Below, piece after piece: positions 8,891 to 19,293 of a stretch of DNA of 64,000 nt. Location of the stretch: NCBI GenBank assembly GCA_050953065.1, contig JBMNLZ010000002.1:192001-256000 (forward strand). Reading direction: 5' to 3'. The notes under the pieces are model-generated. The model was not told the DNA's origin. It was given only the letters and a program-made list of their open reading frames with translations, and made no database searches. A program made the position numbers and the translations under genes. The number at the start of each line of letters is the position of its first letter. Position 1 is the stretch's first letter. The DNA is from Bacilli bacterium. GTDB lineage: Bacteria; Bacillota_I; Bacilli_A; ML615J-28; CAG-698.

Positions 8891-10493
8891 AAATTGACCT
8901 ATCTTTTTTTGTATAAATTGTAATGTTGTTTTGATTCTTATATATAATAGTAAAGATTTCATCTTTTACTTCTTCAATATGAGCATATCTATAAAGAAGT
9001 TCTAGTGAAAGAAGTCCGTTCATTTTAACTAAATATTCATATAACTCTTTTCTTCTTTTTCTAGTTATATTATGTTCCCACCAAATTTTAGGTTTGATTT
9101 TAAACTTTGTTAGATAGTCTTGTTTTATTATATATAGAAGAGTTTCTTTCTTTTTAGTTTTTACTGTTTTATAAATGTTTTGAGTAACTTCTTCAAAAGA
9201 TTTTATATTATCTAGATTTTTAGCTAGAGCTAAAAATGTTTTATAAGGATTTAATTTTAGTGTTTTAAATAAATATTCCATAGTGCGTGGGAAGTTATCT
9301 TTATTATAGTAAGTATCTAAGCCCTTACAAACTATTTTTAATTCTTCAATATCTTTTTTAGATAAATACTTGTTTTGAATTACCTCATAGGGGCTTTCTT
9401 CTTCAAAAATGTATTTATGTTTTTCTTTAGTTAGACTTATTTTTGTTCCTTTTAATTCTTTTAAAAAGCCAAGTTGAAGTTCTTTAGGAAAAGTTAAAAA
9501 TGTTTTATTAAAAGTCTTTTTAAAAGATTTTAAGTTTTCATAAGGAAGCCCTGCGATTAAATCAAGATGAGTTATCATGAAAGAGTTTAATTCTTTTAGG
9601 GTTCTTAAAAGAAGTTTATTATTTTGAATTCGATCAATTTCTTTTAAGGTTTTTTTATTTAAGGATTGAATTCCTATTTCAAATCTTAACATATCAGATC
9701 TAAAAGTTTTAAGTAGTTTTATCATATCTTGGTTGATATAATCGCCGATTACTTCAAATTGAAAGGTTGTATGGTTGTTGTCGTTTGCTTTAATATAGTT
9801 TAAGATTGCAAGAGTATATTCAGCGTTTACATTAAAACTTCTATCAAGAAATTTGATTATTTTAACCTTTTCTTTTAGTAAAAATGAGATCTCTTCTTTT
9901 AGTTTTTCTAGTGAAAAAAATCTTACTGGTTTATCAGTTGAAGCCATACAATAGCTACAATTAAAATAACAGCCACGGCTACTTTCGATATAAGCAATTC
10001 TATTTTTAAAGTCTTTGTTTAAGTTGTGAGAGTGTTTTATTTTTGAAATATCTGGTTTTTTATCGAAACTAAAAAAGGCTTTATTTAAGATTTTATAGTA
10101 TAAATTAGGGACTTCATTTAAAGGTTTTTTGTTTATTATAGCATCAACTAAAAAGTTAAAGCTTTCTTCACCCTCACCTTTTATAATATATGAAACGCCA
10201 TAATCAAGTAGGAAATATTCACTAGAATAAGTTACTTCTGGACCACCTAAAAGGATGGAATAGTTTTTAAGATTAGGTAGAAGTTCTTTAACTTTTTCAA
10301 CATTCCAAATATAAACAGAAAAACCTAATAGGTCGGGGTTATACTTGTTTATGTAGTCTATTATTTTTTTATTGTCGTCTTTAATGCTATATTCAATAAA
10401 GTCGCATGAATAGTTGCTATTAGCAACTATTTGGTAGATTCCATAGGCAGGATGAATATATTTAGCATTGATTCCTATTAGTAAAATTTTCAT
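8889..10493 (-). CDS. B12-binding radical SAM protein (DUF4080-type C-terminus)
   Basis: FSVYIWN, GGPEV, GEGE, ESSRGCYFNCSYC (CxxxCxxC), FEIGIQS, HLDLIAGLP. Confidence 0.92.
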   Translation of the reverse strand: MKILLIGINAKYIHPAYGIYQIVANSNYSCDFIEYSIKDDNKKIIDYINKYNPDLLGFSVYIWNVEKVKELLPNLKNYSILLGGPEVTYSSEYFLLDYGVSYIIKGEGEESFNFLVDAIINKKPLNEVPNLYYKILNKAFFSFDKKPDISKIKHSHNLNKDFKNRIAYIESSRGCYFNCSYCMASTDKPVRFFSLEKLKEEISFLLKEKVKIIKFLDRSFNVNAEYTLAILNYIKANDNNHTTFQFEVIGDYINQDMIKLLKTFRSDMLRFEIGIQSLNKKTLKEIDRIQNNKLLLRTLKELNSFMITHLDLIAGLPYENLKSFKKTFNKTFLTFPKELQLGFLKELKGTKISLTKEKHKYIFEEESPYEVIQNKYLSKKDIEELKIVCKGLDTYYNKDNFPRTMEYLFKTLKLNPYKTFLALAKNLDNIKSFEEVTQNIYKTVKTKKKETLLYIIKQDYLTKFKIKPKIWWEHNITRKRRKELYEYLVKMNGLLSLELLYRYAHIEEVKDEIFTIIYKNQNNITIYTKKDRSI

Positions 10494-10694
10494 TTGAAAA
10501 ACTCCTTTTAGAATTTATAAAACAATTATAACATAAGTTTTCAAAAAATTATATCTAAAAAGCATCTAAAATGTTATAATAAATGTGTAATAAAAAACCT
10601 TTAAAAAACAAAAGATTTATTTAAGAGAAATTATAATAAATAAGATTAGGTAATTTTTCAAGATTTTATAATTAATAAGGTAGTAGCATTTGTA

Positions 10695-10829
10695 ATGTTA
10701 AAGGTTCCTAGGTTAATTGGAATAGGCAGTGGTGGTAAAACAGCTAGAAGAGTATGGTATACCAAAGCGAGACTTACAGTAGGCTTTACAAAATTGATGA
10801 GTGAAATATTAGATTTTTTAGGAAGATAA
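10695..10829 (+). other. Short ORF or 3' gene remnant (44 aa from ATG; frame open from 10650)
   Basis: MLKVPRLIGIGSGGKTARRVWYTKARLTVGFTKLMSEILDFLGR; stop lies 2 nt before the next ATG; GC-richer than the flanking intergenic DNA. Confidence 0.45.
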
Positions 10830-10831
10830 AT

Positions 10832-12457
10832 ATGGAAAAATTGAAAATAGAAAAATGGAAAATGGATTATTTTGGTCCAGCAATAATTAATAATAATCTA
10901 TCTTTAGCAGTAAGAAGGTATTTTAAGAGTTTGTGTGTTGAAGGAAATAATGAAGAAATAGTAAAACAAACTTTATTTGAAGCTTTTAAGCCGATGTTAG
11001 ATTTTCAGGATTTAGAAGTTAGATTAGAATTTTATTTAACTTATACTACAATATTATGGACATATGGAATTTTAGATGATGAGATATTAAAAACTACACT
11101 TTCGTTATTAGAAGAAAGCAATTATATTGGTGTATGGGCAGTTAGAGGCACTCAAGAAGAAAAAGAAAAAAGGAAAAAATATTTAGATGAATGGGTAAAG
11201 AAAGTTACATCGCCTAATCCTAAACCTAAAAAAATGCCTTTTTATAAAAAGACACTAGATATTTCTTTTGCTGAAGACGGAGACATATTTGCATATCAAA
11301 TAGGGACTAGTATAGAATCAAGATATATTGGTTATAGTTATAGCAAAGAAGAGTTATTGGAAAGAGGCTGGATAGGAAAGTGGATTGCCTTTCAACAAGA
11401 AGATAGATTGCCACGCCTATCATTAAATGGCGCTACAACTTTATTAATACCTTATTTTGTTTGTTCAAGTAAACTTTTTGATAATAAACCAACAGTTGAA
11501 GAGTTTTTAGATTCGCATTTACTACCTTTACGAATACCGCCGATTGCTTTTGATAATAGGGTAACAAAAATGCCTAAAAAAATAATTGGAGCAAATATTT
11601 CTGGTATGAAAGCAGAGGGGAGGACTTACGGTATATGGTATAGGTTGCCTCTTGATAATCAAACAAAATTAAAAAAAATAGATGATATTGTGTATATAGG
11701 AAATGGACAGATTAATAAAAATAGGTCAAGATTTGAAAAAAGACCTACTGATAAACCATATGAAGTTGGTTCAATTAATGCAGGGGATGTTTATGCCAAT
11801 GATTATTTAGAAACAATTTTAAGTGAATTCATAAGAGAAGGATTAGAATATTGGGACGGATATGATTTTGATACTTCACCTCTTTTCAACGAACAAATAG
11901 ATATGAGAGTTTTAGAAGGTGAGAGTGAAATGATTTTTCATTTAAAAGAAGATGACACTTATGAATTAGCTCTTTATACATCAAATAAGAGTGATGTTAT
12001 TATCCCTTCTAAATATAATAATAAGGCTGTAACAAGTATCGCTAAAGATGTTTTTAATGGAAATAGCGACATAGAAAGCATTACAATTCCTGGTAGTATA
12101 AAAACGATAGGTAGAATGGCCTTTATGGGATGTAAGAACTTAAAAGAAGTAAAGTTAGAAGAAGGATTAATCAAAATTGATACAGCTGCATTTATGGACT
12201 GTGTTAATTTAATTAAAATAAATATCCCTGATGGTGTAAAAATAATTGCAAATACAGCTTTTGCTTGTTGTACAAACTTGACTGAAATAAACATACCTTT
12301 GAGTGTAGAAACAATTGGTGAATATGCTTTCACACAAATTAAACCAAAACTAACAATTTATATTGAAGCAGAAGAAATTCCAAACACTTGGGACAAACTT
12401 TGGAATAAATCTAATTGCGTTTATGAGTTAGGTTATAAAAACAAAATAATACAGTAA
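10832..12457 (+). CDS. Immunity-like (DUF4259-like) N-terminal domain fused to BspA-type LRR domain
   Basis: N-term FGPAIINNNLSLAVR...FYL....LWTYGIL...KRKKYL...SPNPKPKK; C-term repeats IPGSIKTIGRMAFMGCKNL / IPDGVKIIANTAFACCTNL. Confidence 0.65.
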   Translation: MEKLKIEKWKMDYFGPAIINNNLSLAVRRYFKSLCVEGNNEEIVKQTLFEAFKPMLDFQDLEVRLEFYLTYTTILWTYGILDDEILKTTLSLLEESNYIGVWAVRGTQEEKEKRKKYLDEWVKKVTSPNPKPKKMPFYKKTLDISFAEDGDIFAYQIGTSIESRYIGYSYSKEELLERGWIGKWIAFQQEDRLPRLSLNGATTLLIPYFVCSSKLFDNKPTVEEFLDSHLLPLRIPPIAFDNRVTKMPKKIIGANISGMKAEGRTYGIWYRLPLDNQTKLKKIDDIVYIGNGQINKNRSRFEKRPTDKPYEVGSINAGDVYANDYLETILSEFIREGLEYWDGYDFDTSPLFNEQIDMRVLEGESEMIFHLKEDDTYELALYTSNKSDVIIPSKYNNKAVTSIAKDVFNGNSDIESITIPGSIKTIGRMAFMGCKNLKEVKLEEGLIKIDTAAFMDCVNLIKINIPDGVKIIANTAFACCTNLTEINIPLSVETIGEYAFTQIKPKLTIYIEAEEIPNTWDKLWNKSNCVYELGYKNKIIQ

Positions 12458-12622
12458 CTAGTAAATGTTGTTGTCCTTGAGGGGGTTACTTCAATGGGTT
12501 CAAATGTCTTTAGGGGGTGTAGTAGTCTAACAATATACTGTGAATCAAGTTGTCAGCCAGATAGTTGGGATAGCAATTGGAATAAAAGCAATATACCTGT
12601 AGTGTGGGAGTATGTAGGTTAG
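12458..12622 (+). pseudogene. Second LRR unit plus C-terminal cap, in frame after the TAA of 10832-12457
   Basis: LVNVVVLEGVTSMGSNVFRGCSSLTIYCESSCQPDSWDSNWNKSNIPVVWEYVG*. Confidence 0.8.
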
Positions 12623-12675
12623 AAACAGAAAAAACTTTACAAATGACTGTAAAGAAATAAAATAAGTTATTTTAA

Positions 12676-12721
12676 AAAAGGTGAAGCATTTAGGATCAAT
12701 AATCCATAATGCTTCACTTTT
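12676..12721 (+). terminator. Hairpin / intrinsic terminator
   Basis: GTGAAGCATT...AATGCTTCAC followed by T run. Confidence 0.65.
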
Positions 12722-12869
12722 ATATTAAAGTTTTTATTTAAGTATACGTTTTAGTGTATGCGAATAATAAAAATTGTAAAAAGAGATAATCTCGCTTGTT
12801 TAATTTTGATGGTTGTGTTATAATGCTATAGGTTAGAAATTAAGTATTTAAAAAAATGGAGGTTTAAAT

Positions 12870-15800
12870 ATGTCTAAAAAAGTTTTTGATTCAATGGATG
12901 GGAACCAAGCTGCGGCGTATGCATCGTATGCATTTACTGAATTAGCTGGAATTTATCCTATCACACCATCATCACCTATGGCTGAGTATGTTGATGATTG
13001 GGCAAGTAAAGGAAAGAAGAATTTATTTGGAGCGCCAGTTAAGGTTGTTGAAATGCAATCTGAAGCAGGTGCTGCTGGTACAGTTCATGGTTCTTTACAA
13101 GCAGGTGCACTTACTACTACTTATACAGCAAGTCAAGGATTACTACTTAAGATTCCTAACATGTATAAGATTGCAGGGGAATTGTTACCTGGTGTTATTC
13201 ATGTAACTGCAAGAAGTCTTGCAGCTCAAGCCTTATCAATCTTTGGAGATCACCAAGATGTTATGGCAGCAAGACAAACTGGCTTTGCAATGCTTGCAAC
13301 ATCAAGTGTGCAAGAAGTAATGGATTTAGCTGGAGTTGCACATTTAGCTGCAATTAAATCAAGTGTTCCATTTATGCATTTCTTTGATGGCTTTAGAACA
13401 AGTCATGAAATTCAAAAAATTGAAGTAATGGATTATGCAGTATTTGATAGACTATTAGACAAAGATGCAGTAAAAGCTTTTAAAGATAGAGCACTTAATC
13501 CTAATAATCCAGTAACACGTGGTTCTGCTCAAAATGATGATGTATATTTCCAAACTCGTGAAGCTCAAAATAAATATTATGCAAAAATACCTGCTATTGT
13601 TGAAGAATATATGACAGAGATTTCAAAAGTAACAGGAAGACATTATGCTCCATTTGTATATTACGGAGCCAAAGATGCTACTGATATTATTATAGCAATG
13701 GGTTCTGTAAATGAATGTATTAAAGAAGTTGTTGACTATTTAACTAGCAAAGGTAAAAAAGTTGGTTTAGTAATAGTTCATTTATATCGTCCTTTCTCAG
13801 TTGAACATTTAATGAAAGTTTTACCTGAAACAGTAAAACGTATTGCTGTATTAGATAGAACTAAAGAACAAGGTTCAGTTGGTGAACCGCTATACTTAGA
13901 TGTTAAAGCTGCATTTTATGGTCAAAAGAAAACTCCATTAATTATTGGTGGAAGATATGGCTTAAGTAGTAAGAATACTACTCCTGGTCAAATCTTTGCA
14001 GTATATGACAATTTAAAGAAAGGTGAACAAGCACTTGATGGTTTTACAATTGGAATTGAAGATGATGTTACAAATCTTTCACTACCAGTTGAAAAAGAAA
14101 TCAATGTTGCAGGAAGCGGAACATCGCAATTAATTTTCTACGGTTTAGGAAGTGATGGAACTGTAGGTGCTAATAAAAATACAATTAAACTTATTGGTGA
14201 GGCTACTGATTATTATGCTCAAGCTTATTTCGCATATGATTCTAAAAAATCAGGTGGAGTTACAAGAAGCCATTTACGTTTTGGTAAAAACCCTATTCGT
14301 TCAACTTACCTTGTAACTGAGGCAGATTTTATTTCTTGTTCACTTGATACATTTACTGAAAAATATGATATGCTTAAGTATTTAAAGAAAGGTGGAACAT
14401 TCTTACTTAATACTGTAAGAAATGCAGAAGAAGTAGTTGAGTTTTTACCTAATTCATTTAAAAAAGCTTTAGCTGATAAGAAAGCAAAATTCTATATCAT
14501 TGATGCTATTTCTTTAGCAATCAAAATTGGTTTAGGACATAGAACTAATACAATTATGCAATCTGCTTTCTTTAAATTAAATGAACAAATTATGCCTTAT
14601 ACTGAAGCTCAAAAATTAATGAAAGAATATGCTTATAAATCTTACATTAAAAAAGGCGAAGAAATTGTTAATTTAAACTATAAAGCAATTGATCAAGGTG
14701 CTAAGAAACTTAAGAGAGTTACAGTTGATAAAGCATGGAGCACTTTACCAATTGAAGAAAAAGTTGAAGATCCAAATAGAATGGAATTTGTAAGAAAAAT
14801 TGCTGATCCAGTTAATGCAATGGAAGGAGAAAGCCTACCAGTTTCAGCTTTTAATGGATATGAAGATGGTACTATGGAAAATGGTACTACTGCATATGAA
14901 AGAAGATATATTGCATCGTTTGTTCCAAAATGGGATCCAAGCAATTGTATTCAATGTAACCAATGTGCCTTTGCATGTCCACATGCAGTAATTAGACCAT
15001 TCCTTGCAACGGCTGAAGAAATTAAAAATGCTCCTAAGAATGTTGTTACAATTCCTGCAATTGGAAAAGGTTATGAAGGTTTAGAATATTCAATTCAAAT
15101 TTCTGTTGCTAACTGTACTGGATGTGGTGTTTGTGTAGCACAATGTCCTGGTAAGAAAGGTGTTAAAGCATTAGACTTAGTAGCACTTGATGAAGCAAGA
15201 AAAACAGAAGCAGTAGCTGATTATTTCTTTAATGAAGTAACTTATAAAACTAATTTAATGGATATTAAAGCAAACCCTAAGAATTCTCAATTTGCAAAAC
15301 CATTATTTGAATTTTCTGGTGCTTGTGCTGGTTGTGGTGAATCTACATATATTAAAGTTATCACTCAATTATTTGGTGATAGAATGTTAGTAGCTAACGC
15401 TACAGGCTGTTCTTCAATTTATGGTGGAAGTTTCCCTTCTACTCCATATACTAAGAATGCTGAAGGTAAAGGTCCTGCATGGGCTAACTCATTATTTGAA
15501 GATAATGCTGAATTTGGTTTTGGTATGCATATGGCGGTTGAGGCTATTAGAAACCATATCGGTATGATTATGGAAGATGGCTTAAAATGTGAAAGCATAA
15601 CTCCACAACTTAAAGAATTATTTAATTCATGGCTTGCAAACAGAGATGATGCAGAGATAACTAAAGAAGTAGCTAGTGAATTAATCCCACTATTAGAAAA
15701 AAGCGATTGTCCTTCTGCTAAAGAATTATTAGGATATAAAAACTATCTTGTTAAACAATCTCAATGGATCTTTGGTGGAGATGGTTGGGCTTATGATATT

Positions 15801-16424
15801 GGTTATGGTGGATTAGACCATGTAATCGCTAATAATGAAGATGTTAATATTTTAGTATTAGATACAGAAGTATATTCAAATACAGGTGGACAATCATCTA
15901 AATCAAGTCCAACAGCTTCAATTGCTAAATTTACAGCTGCTGGTAAACCTGGCAAGAAAAAAGACTTAGCAGCAATTGCGATGAGTTATGGACATGTATA
16001 TGTTGCTCAAATCGCACATGGTGCAAGTCAAATGCAAATGCTTAAAGCAATTAAAGAAGCAGAAAGTTATAAAGGACCTTCTTTAATCATTGCATATTCA
16101 CCTTGTATTAACCATGGTATTAGAACTGGAATGGGTTCTACTCAACAACAAGCTGCTTTAGCTGTTGAATGTGGATATTGGAATTTATTTAGATTCGATC
16201 CACGTCTTTCAGCCGAAGGTAAAAATCCATTTATAATTGATTCTAAAGAACCACAATGGGATAAATATGATGCTTTCTTAATGTCTGAAAATAGATATAG
16301 TCAATTAAAGAAAATCAATCCTGCTAAGGCTCAAGAATTATTAGAATTAAATAAATCTGAGGCTCAAAGAAAATATCGTATGTATCAAAGATATGCAGCG
16401 ATGGATTATTCAAACGAAGAATAA
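12870..16424 (+). CDS. nifJ: Pyruvate:ferredoxin (flavodoxin) oxidoreductase
   Basis: YPITPSS, EMQSEAGAAG, two CxxCxxCxxxCP ferredoxin motifs, GACAGCGE, GGDGWAYDIG. Confidence 0.97.
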   Translation: MSKKVFDSMDGNQAAAYASYAFTELAGIYPITPSSPMAEYVDDWASKGKKNLFGAPVKVVEMQSEAGAAGTVHGSLQAGALTTTYTASQGLLLKIPNMYKIAGELLPGVIHVTARSLAAQALSIFGDHQDVMAARQTGFAMLATSSVQEVMDLAGVAHLAAIKSSVPFMHFFDGFRTSHEIQKIEVMDYAVFDRLLDKDAVKAFKDRALNPNNPVTRGSAQNDDVYFQTREAQNKYYAKIPAIVEEYMTEISKVTGRHYAPFVYYGAKDATDIIIAMGSVNECIKEVVDYLTSKGKKVGLVIVHLYRPFSVEHLMKVLPETVKRIAVLDRTKEQGSVGEPLYLDVKAAFYGQKKTPLIIGGRYGLSSKNTTPGQIFAVYDNLKKGEQALDGFTIGIEDDVTNLSLPVEKEINVAGSGTSQLIFYGLGSDGTVGANKNTIKLIGEATDYYAQAYFAYDSKKSGGVTRSHLRFGKNPIRSTYLVTEADFISCSLDTFTEKYDMLKYLKKGGTFLLNTVRNAEEVVEFLPNSFKKALADKKAKFYIIDAISLAIKIGLGHRTNTIMQSAFFKLNEQIMPYTEAQKLMKEYAYKSYIKKGEEIVNLNYKAIDQGAKKLKRVTVDKAWSTLPIEEKVEDPNRMEFVRKIADPVNAMEGESLPVSAFNGYEDGTMENGTTAYERRYIASFVPKWDPSNCIQCNQCAFACPHAVIRPFLATAEEIKNAPKNVVTIPAIGKGYEGLEYSIQISVANCTGCGVCVAQCPGKKGVKALDLVALDEARKTEAVADYFFNEVTYKTNLMDIKANPKNSQFAKPLFEFSGACAGCGESTYIKVITQLFGDRMLVANATGCSSIYGGSFPSTPYTKNAEGKGPAWANSLFEDNAEFGFGMHMAVEAIRNHIGMIMEDGLKCESITPQLKELFNSWLANRDDAEITKEVASELIPLLEKSDCPSAKELLGYKNYLVKQSQWIFGGDGWAYDIGYGGLDHVIANNEDVNILVLDTEVYSNTGGQSSKSSPTASIAKFTAAGKPGKKKDLAAIAMSYGHVYVAQIAHGASQMQMLKAIKEAESYKGPSLIIAYSPCINHGIRTGMGSTQQQAALAVECGYWNLFRFDPRLSAEGKNPFIIDSKEPQWDKYDAFLMSENRYSQLKKINPAKAQELLELNKSEAQRKYRMYQRYAAMDYSNEE

Positions 16425-16441
16425 TTTATAAATAATCTAAT

Positions 16442-16479
16442 AGGCGAAGTAAAATAAACACTTTACTTCGCCTTTTTTT
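16442..16479 (+). terminator. Intrinsic terminator of nifJ
   Basis: AGGCGAAGTAAA...TTTACTTCGCCT-TTTTTT. Confidence 0.9.
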
Positions 16480-16525
16480 AATATTAATAGTTATAATTAT
16501 TATAATTGAAAGTTATTTTTTTCAT

Positions 16526-16592
16526 ATGTTAGAAAAAGTGTAATCATATCACACTTTTATGTTGGAAAAAGTGTAATAGCAATACACTTTTT
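16526..16592. repeat. Two tandem 33-bp units, each an inverted repeat with a variable centre
   Basis: ATGTTAGAAAAAGTGTAATCATATCACACTTTT then ATGTTGGAAAAAGTGTAATAGCAATACACTTTT. Confidence 0.85.
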
Positions 16593-16604
16593 TTAAGGAA
16601 TAAG

Positions 16605-16636
16605 AAAAACATCCTTTAAAAATTTTAAGGATGTTT
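16605..16636 (-). terminator. Intrinsic terminator of rnj
   Basis: AAACATCCTT...AAGGATGTTT just past the rnj stop. Confidence 0.75.
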
Positions 16637-16644
16637 GAAATCTT

Positions 16645-18330
16645 TTATTCTGCAACACTCATAATTGGGATTATCATTGGACGTCTTTCAGTTAAACTAT
16701 AGATATAGTTTTTTAATTCTGAAGTGATATACTCTTTAATTTCATCAATGGTTGCATAATTATTATTTTTTAAATAATCATCATAAAGTTTGTTGGTTTG
16801 TTCTTTAATATTATTAATTAAATCTTCTGAACTTTTAGAATAAATAAAACCACTTGAAACAATCTTAGTTTCAGCAATTCTTCTATAATACATATTTACA
16901 ATAAAAACAGTTGCAAGCATTCCATCTTCTCCAAAAGCTTTTCTATCTGAGACTATTTGTTCATCTACTATAGTGTTATTATCATCAATGTAAGTAATGC
17001 CAGTTGGAACTTGATAATGTGCGAAAGCTTTATTTTTTGTAAAGGTTAAAACCTCACCATTGCCTAGAATAAAACAATTCTCAGGTTTTACTCCAGTTGA
17101 AACAGCTAATGCTACATGTTTTTTAAGCATTGAATATTCACCATGGATTGGAATAAAGTATTTTGGTTTTGTTAGAACTAACATTAATTTTAATTCATCT
17201 TCTGAGGCATGTCCTGATGTGTGAGTGTCTGTTAGTGGACTGTCTATTATAACGTTTCCTCCAGCTTTAAATAATTTATTGATAGTTCTATTAATACTAG
17301 CTTCATTTCCTGGAATAGCAGAAGAAGAAAAGATGATTGTATCTTTTGGTTGTATCTTAATGTGATTATGAGTTCCATCTGCAATTCTTGATAAAGCTGC
17401 CATTGGTTCACCTTGTGAACCAGTGCTTAGAATAGTTAAGTTTTCAGGTAAAATATGTGAGAATTCTTTAACTGAAATAAATGTTGCTGGTGGAGCAGAG
17501 ATATAGTTGAGTGCTTTAGCAACATTAATTGTATTTTGCATACTTCTACCAAAAATAATAATTTTACGATTGCTTTCAACACTCGCATCAATTATTTGTT
17601 GGACTCTATAAACATTAGATGCAAAAGTTGAAATAATAATTCTGCCTTCTATGCTTTTAAAAAGTGATTTAATATTTTCACCAATTTTTTGTTCAGATAC
17701 TGAAAAGTTAGTCTCGTAAGCATTAGTACTATCTGATAATAAACAAAGAACTCCTTCTTCAGAATAATTGGTTAGTTTTTTATAATCTGCTTGAGGACCA
17801 AGCGGTGAGAAGTCAAACTTAAAGTCTCCAGTATGAAGGATATAACCTAATGTTGTCTTGATAGCAATTCCAAAAGAATCAGGAATGCTATGATTAGTTC
17901 TAAAAAAAGAAACTTGAAAGTTTTTAAAACTATAAATACTATTATCTTTAAACTCAACGATATTAGCATTAAGTCTTCTATATTCAGATAGTTTACTTTT
18001 GATAAGTCCTGCTCCTAAACCGTTGGCATAAATTGTTGGAATTTTTACTTGATAAAGTAATTGAGGAATTCCACCAATATGGTCTTCATGTCCATGAGTA
18101 ATAAATAAACCAACTATCTTTTTTTGATTTTCTTTTAGATAAGTAAAATCAGGAACAATATAGTTTACTCCATAATTTGATTCAGGAAAAAACATTCCTG
18201 CATCAATAATAATAATTTCATCATCACATTCAACAATATACATATTTTTACCGATTTCATTTAAGCCACCTAAAGCAAAAATTTTAATATTGTTGTCATC
18301 AAAATAATTTATAATAGGTTTTTTTTCCAT
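16645..18330 (-). CDS. rnj: Ribonuclease J
   Basis: ALGGLNEIGKNM, THGHEDHIGG, HSIPD, HTGDFK, HTSGHA, PIHGE. Confidence 0.96.
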   Translation of the reverse strand: MEKKPIINYFDDNNIKIFALGGLNEIGKNMYIVECDDEIIIIDAGMFFPESNYGVNYIVPDFTYLKENQKKIVGLFITHGHEDHIGGIPQLLYQVKIPTIYANGLGAGLIKSKLSEYRRLNANIVEFKDNSIYSFKNFQVSFFRTNHSIPDSFGIAIKTTLGYILHTGDFKFDFSPLGPQADYKKLTNYSEEGVLCLLSDSTNAYETNFSVSEQKIGENIKSLFKSIEGRIIISTFASNVYRVQQIIDASVESNRKIIIFGRSMQNTINVAKALNYISAPPATFISVKEFSHILPENLTILSTGSQGEPMAALSRIADGTHNHIKIQPKDTIIFSSSAIPGNEASINRTINKLFKAGGNVIIDSPLTDTHTSGHASEDELKLMLVLTKPKYFIPIHGEYSMLKKHVALAVSTGVKPENCFILGNGEVLTFTKNKAFAHYQVPTGITYIDDNNTIVDEQIVSDRKAFGEDGMLATVFIVNMYYRRIAETKIVSSGFIYSKSSEDLINNIKEQTNKLYDDYLKNNNYATIDEIKEYITSELKNYIYSLTERRPMIIPIMSVAE

Positions 18331-18343
18331 AAGTTTTTATTTT

Positions 18344-18937
18344 TTATAAATTGTCTTCATCAATTAGGCTACTACTATTTTCAGGAGCTGAAAAAGGGTT
18401 AGCTTTATTGATTCTGTCAATATATAAAATTCCTTTTAAATGATCATATTCATGTTGAAAAACAATTGCTAAAAAATCTTTCATTACAATAGTTTTTTCT
18501 TCTAATTCGTTTGTAATAAAATTTAAAAAATGAGCTTTAACAGTGATTATTTTAGCTCTTGGAACGATTCCATCAATAGCCATTTCTTCAACTGATAGGC
18601 ATCCCTCACCATTTGGCAAGTATGTTTTTTTTATAGATTCAGAAATTATTTTTGGATTAACTACTCCAAAGCGTTGAGTTATTCCTTTATAGTCAACTAA
18701 GTTTATTGCAAACATTTGTTTAGAAATGTTTATCTGTGGAGCCGCAAGACCCACACCTGGTCTAATATCTAATTCTTTGGCTTTTTTTTCATCATAGCCA
18801 TTCTCAAGATATTCATCCATTAAGTAAAGTGTTTTTCTATCCTCATCACTAAGAGGTAAAAGGACCTCTTGAGCTCTAAGTCTTAATGTGGGATGATTAT
18901 CTTTTATGATGTCTTTATTTGTTAGCATGTATTTCAC
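18344..18937 (-). CDS. def: Peptide deformylase
   Basis: GVGLAAPQ, EGCLS, QHEYDHL. Confidence 0.96.
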   Translation of the reverse strand: MKYMLTNKDIIKDNHPTLRLRAQEVLLPLSDEDRKTLYLMDEYLENGYDEKKAKELDIRPGVGLAAPQINISKQMFAINLVDYKGITQRFGVVNPKIISESIKKTYLPNGEGCLSVEEMAIDGIVPRAKIITVKAHFLNFITNELEEKTIVMKDFLAIVFQHEYDHLKGILYIDRINKANPFSAPENSSSLIDEDNL

Positions 18938-19140
18938 CTCGTATATTATATTAACTTAAAAACTATAAAAATACAACTATTTATTACTTAAGAGTTAAAA
19001 TTTAACAAGATGATAGTATTTTGCTTTTAAAGGGTCTAAATTTGACCTTAGGTAGTCTTTTATTTCTTTTACAAGTAAATATAATATTAAATAATTTTAT
19101 TGAATAATTTAATTTAACGTGATAAAATAGAATTGTTCAA

Positions 19141-19235
19141 TTAACAGGGGAGCTCTTATATAAAAGGGCTGAGAGGTTATTATTAATAACGACCCTTTAA
19201 CCTGATCTAGGTAATGCTAGCGTAGGAAAGATAAT
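19141..19235 (+). ncRNA. TPP riboswitch
   Basis: GGGGAGC...GCTGAGAGG...GACCCTTTAACCTGATCTAGGTAATGCTAGCGTAGGAA; putative terminator TTCTTTG-GCATT-CAAAGAA-T run at about 19249-19277; upstream of thiT. Confidence 0.95.
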
Positions 19236-19293
19236 TCTTTTTCTTTCATTCTTTGGCATTCAAAGAATTTTTTTATTTTTAAAGGAGAAAAAA

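Noticed and set aside
16526-16592. Mini CRISPR array
   Set aside because: Only two abutting units, no spacers and no cas genes.
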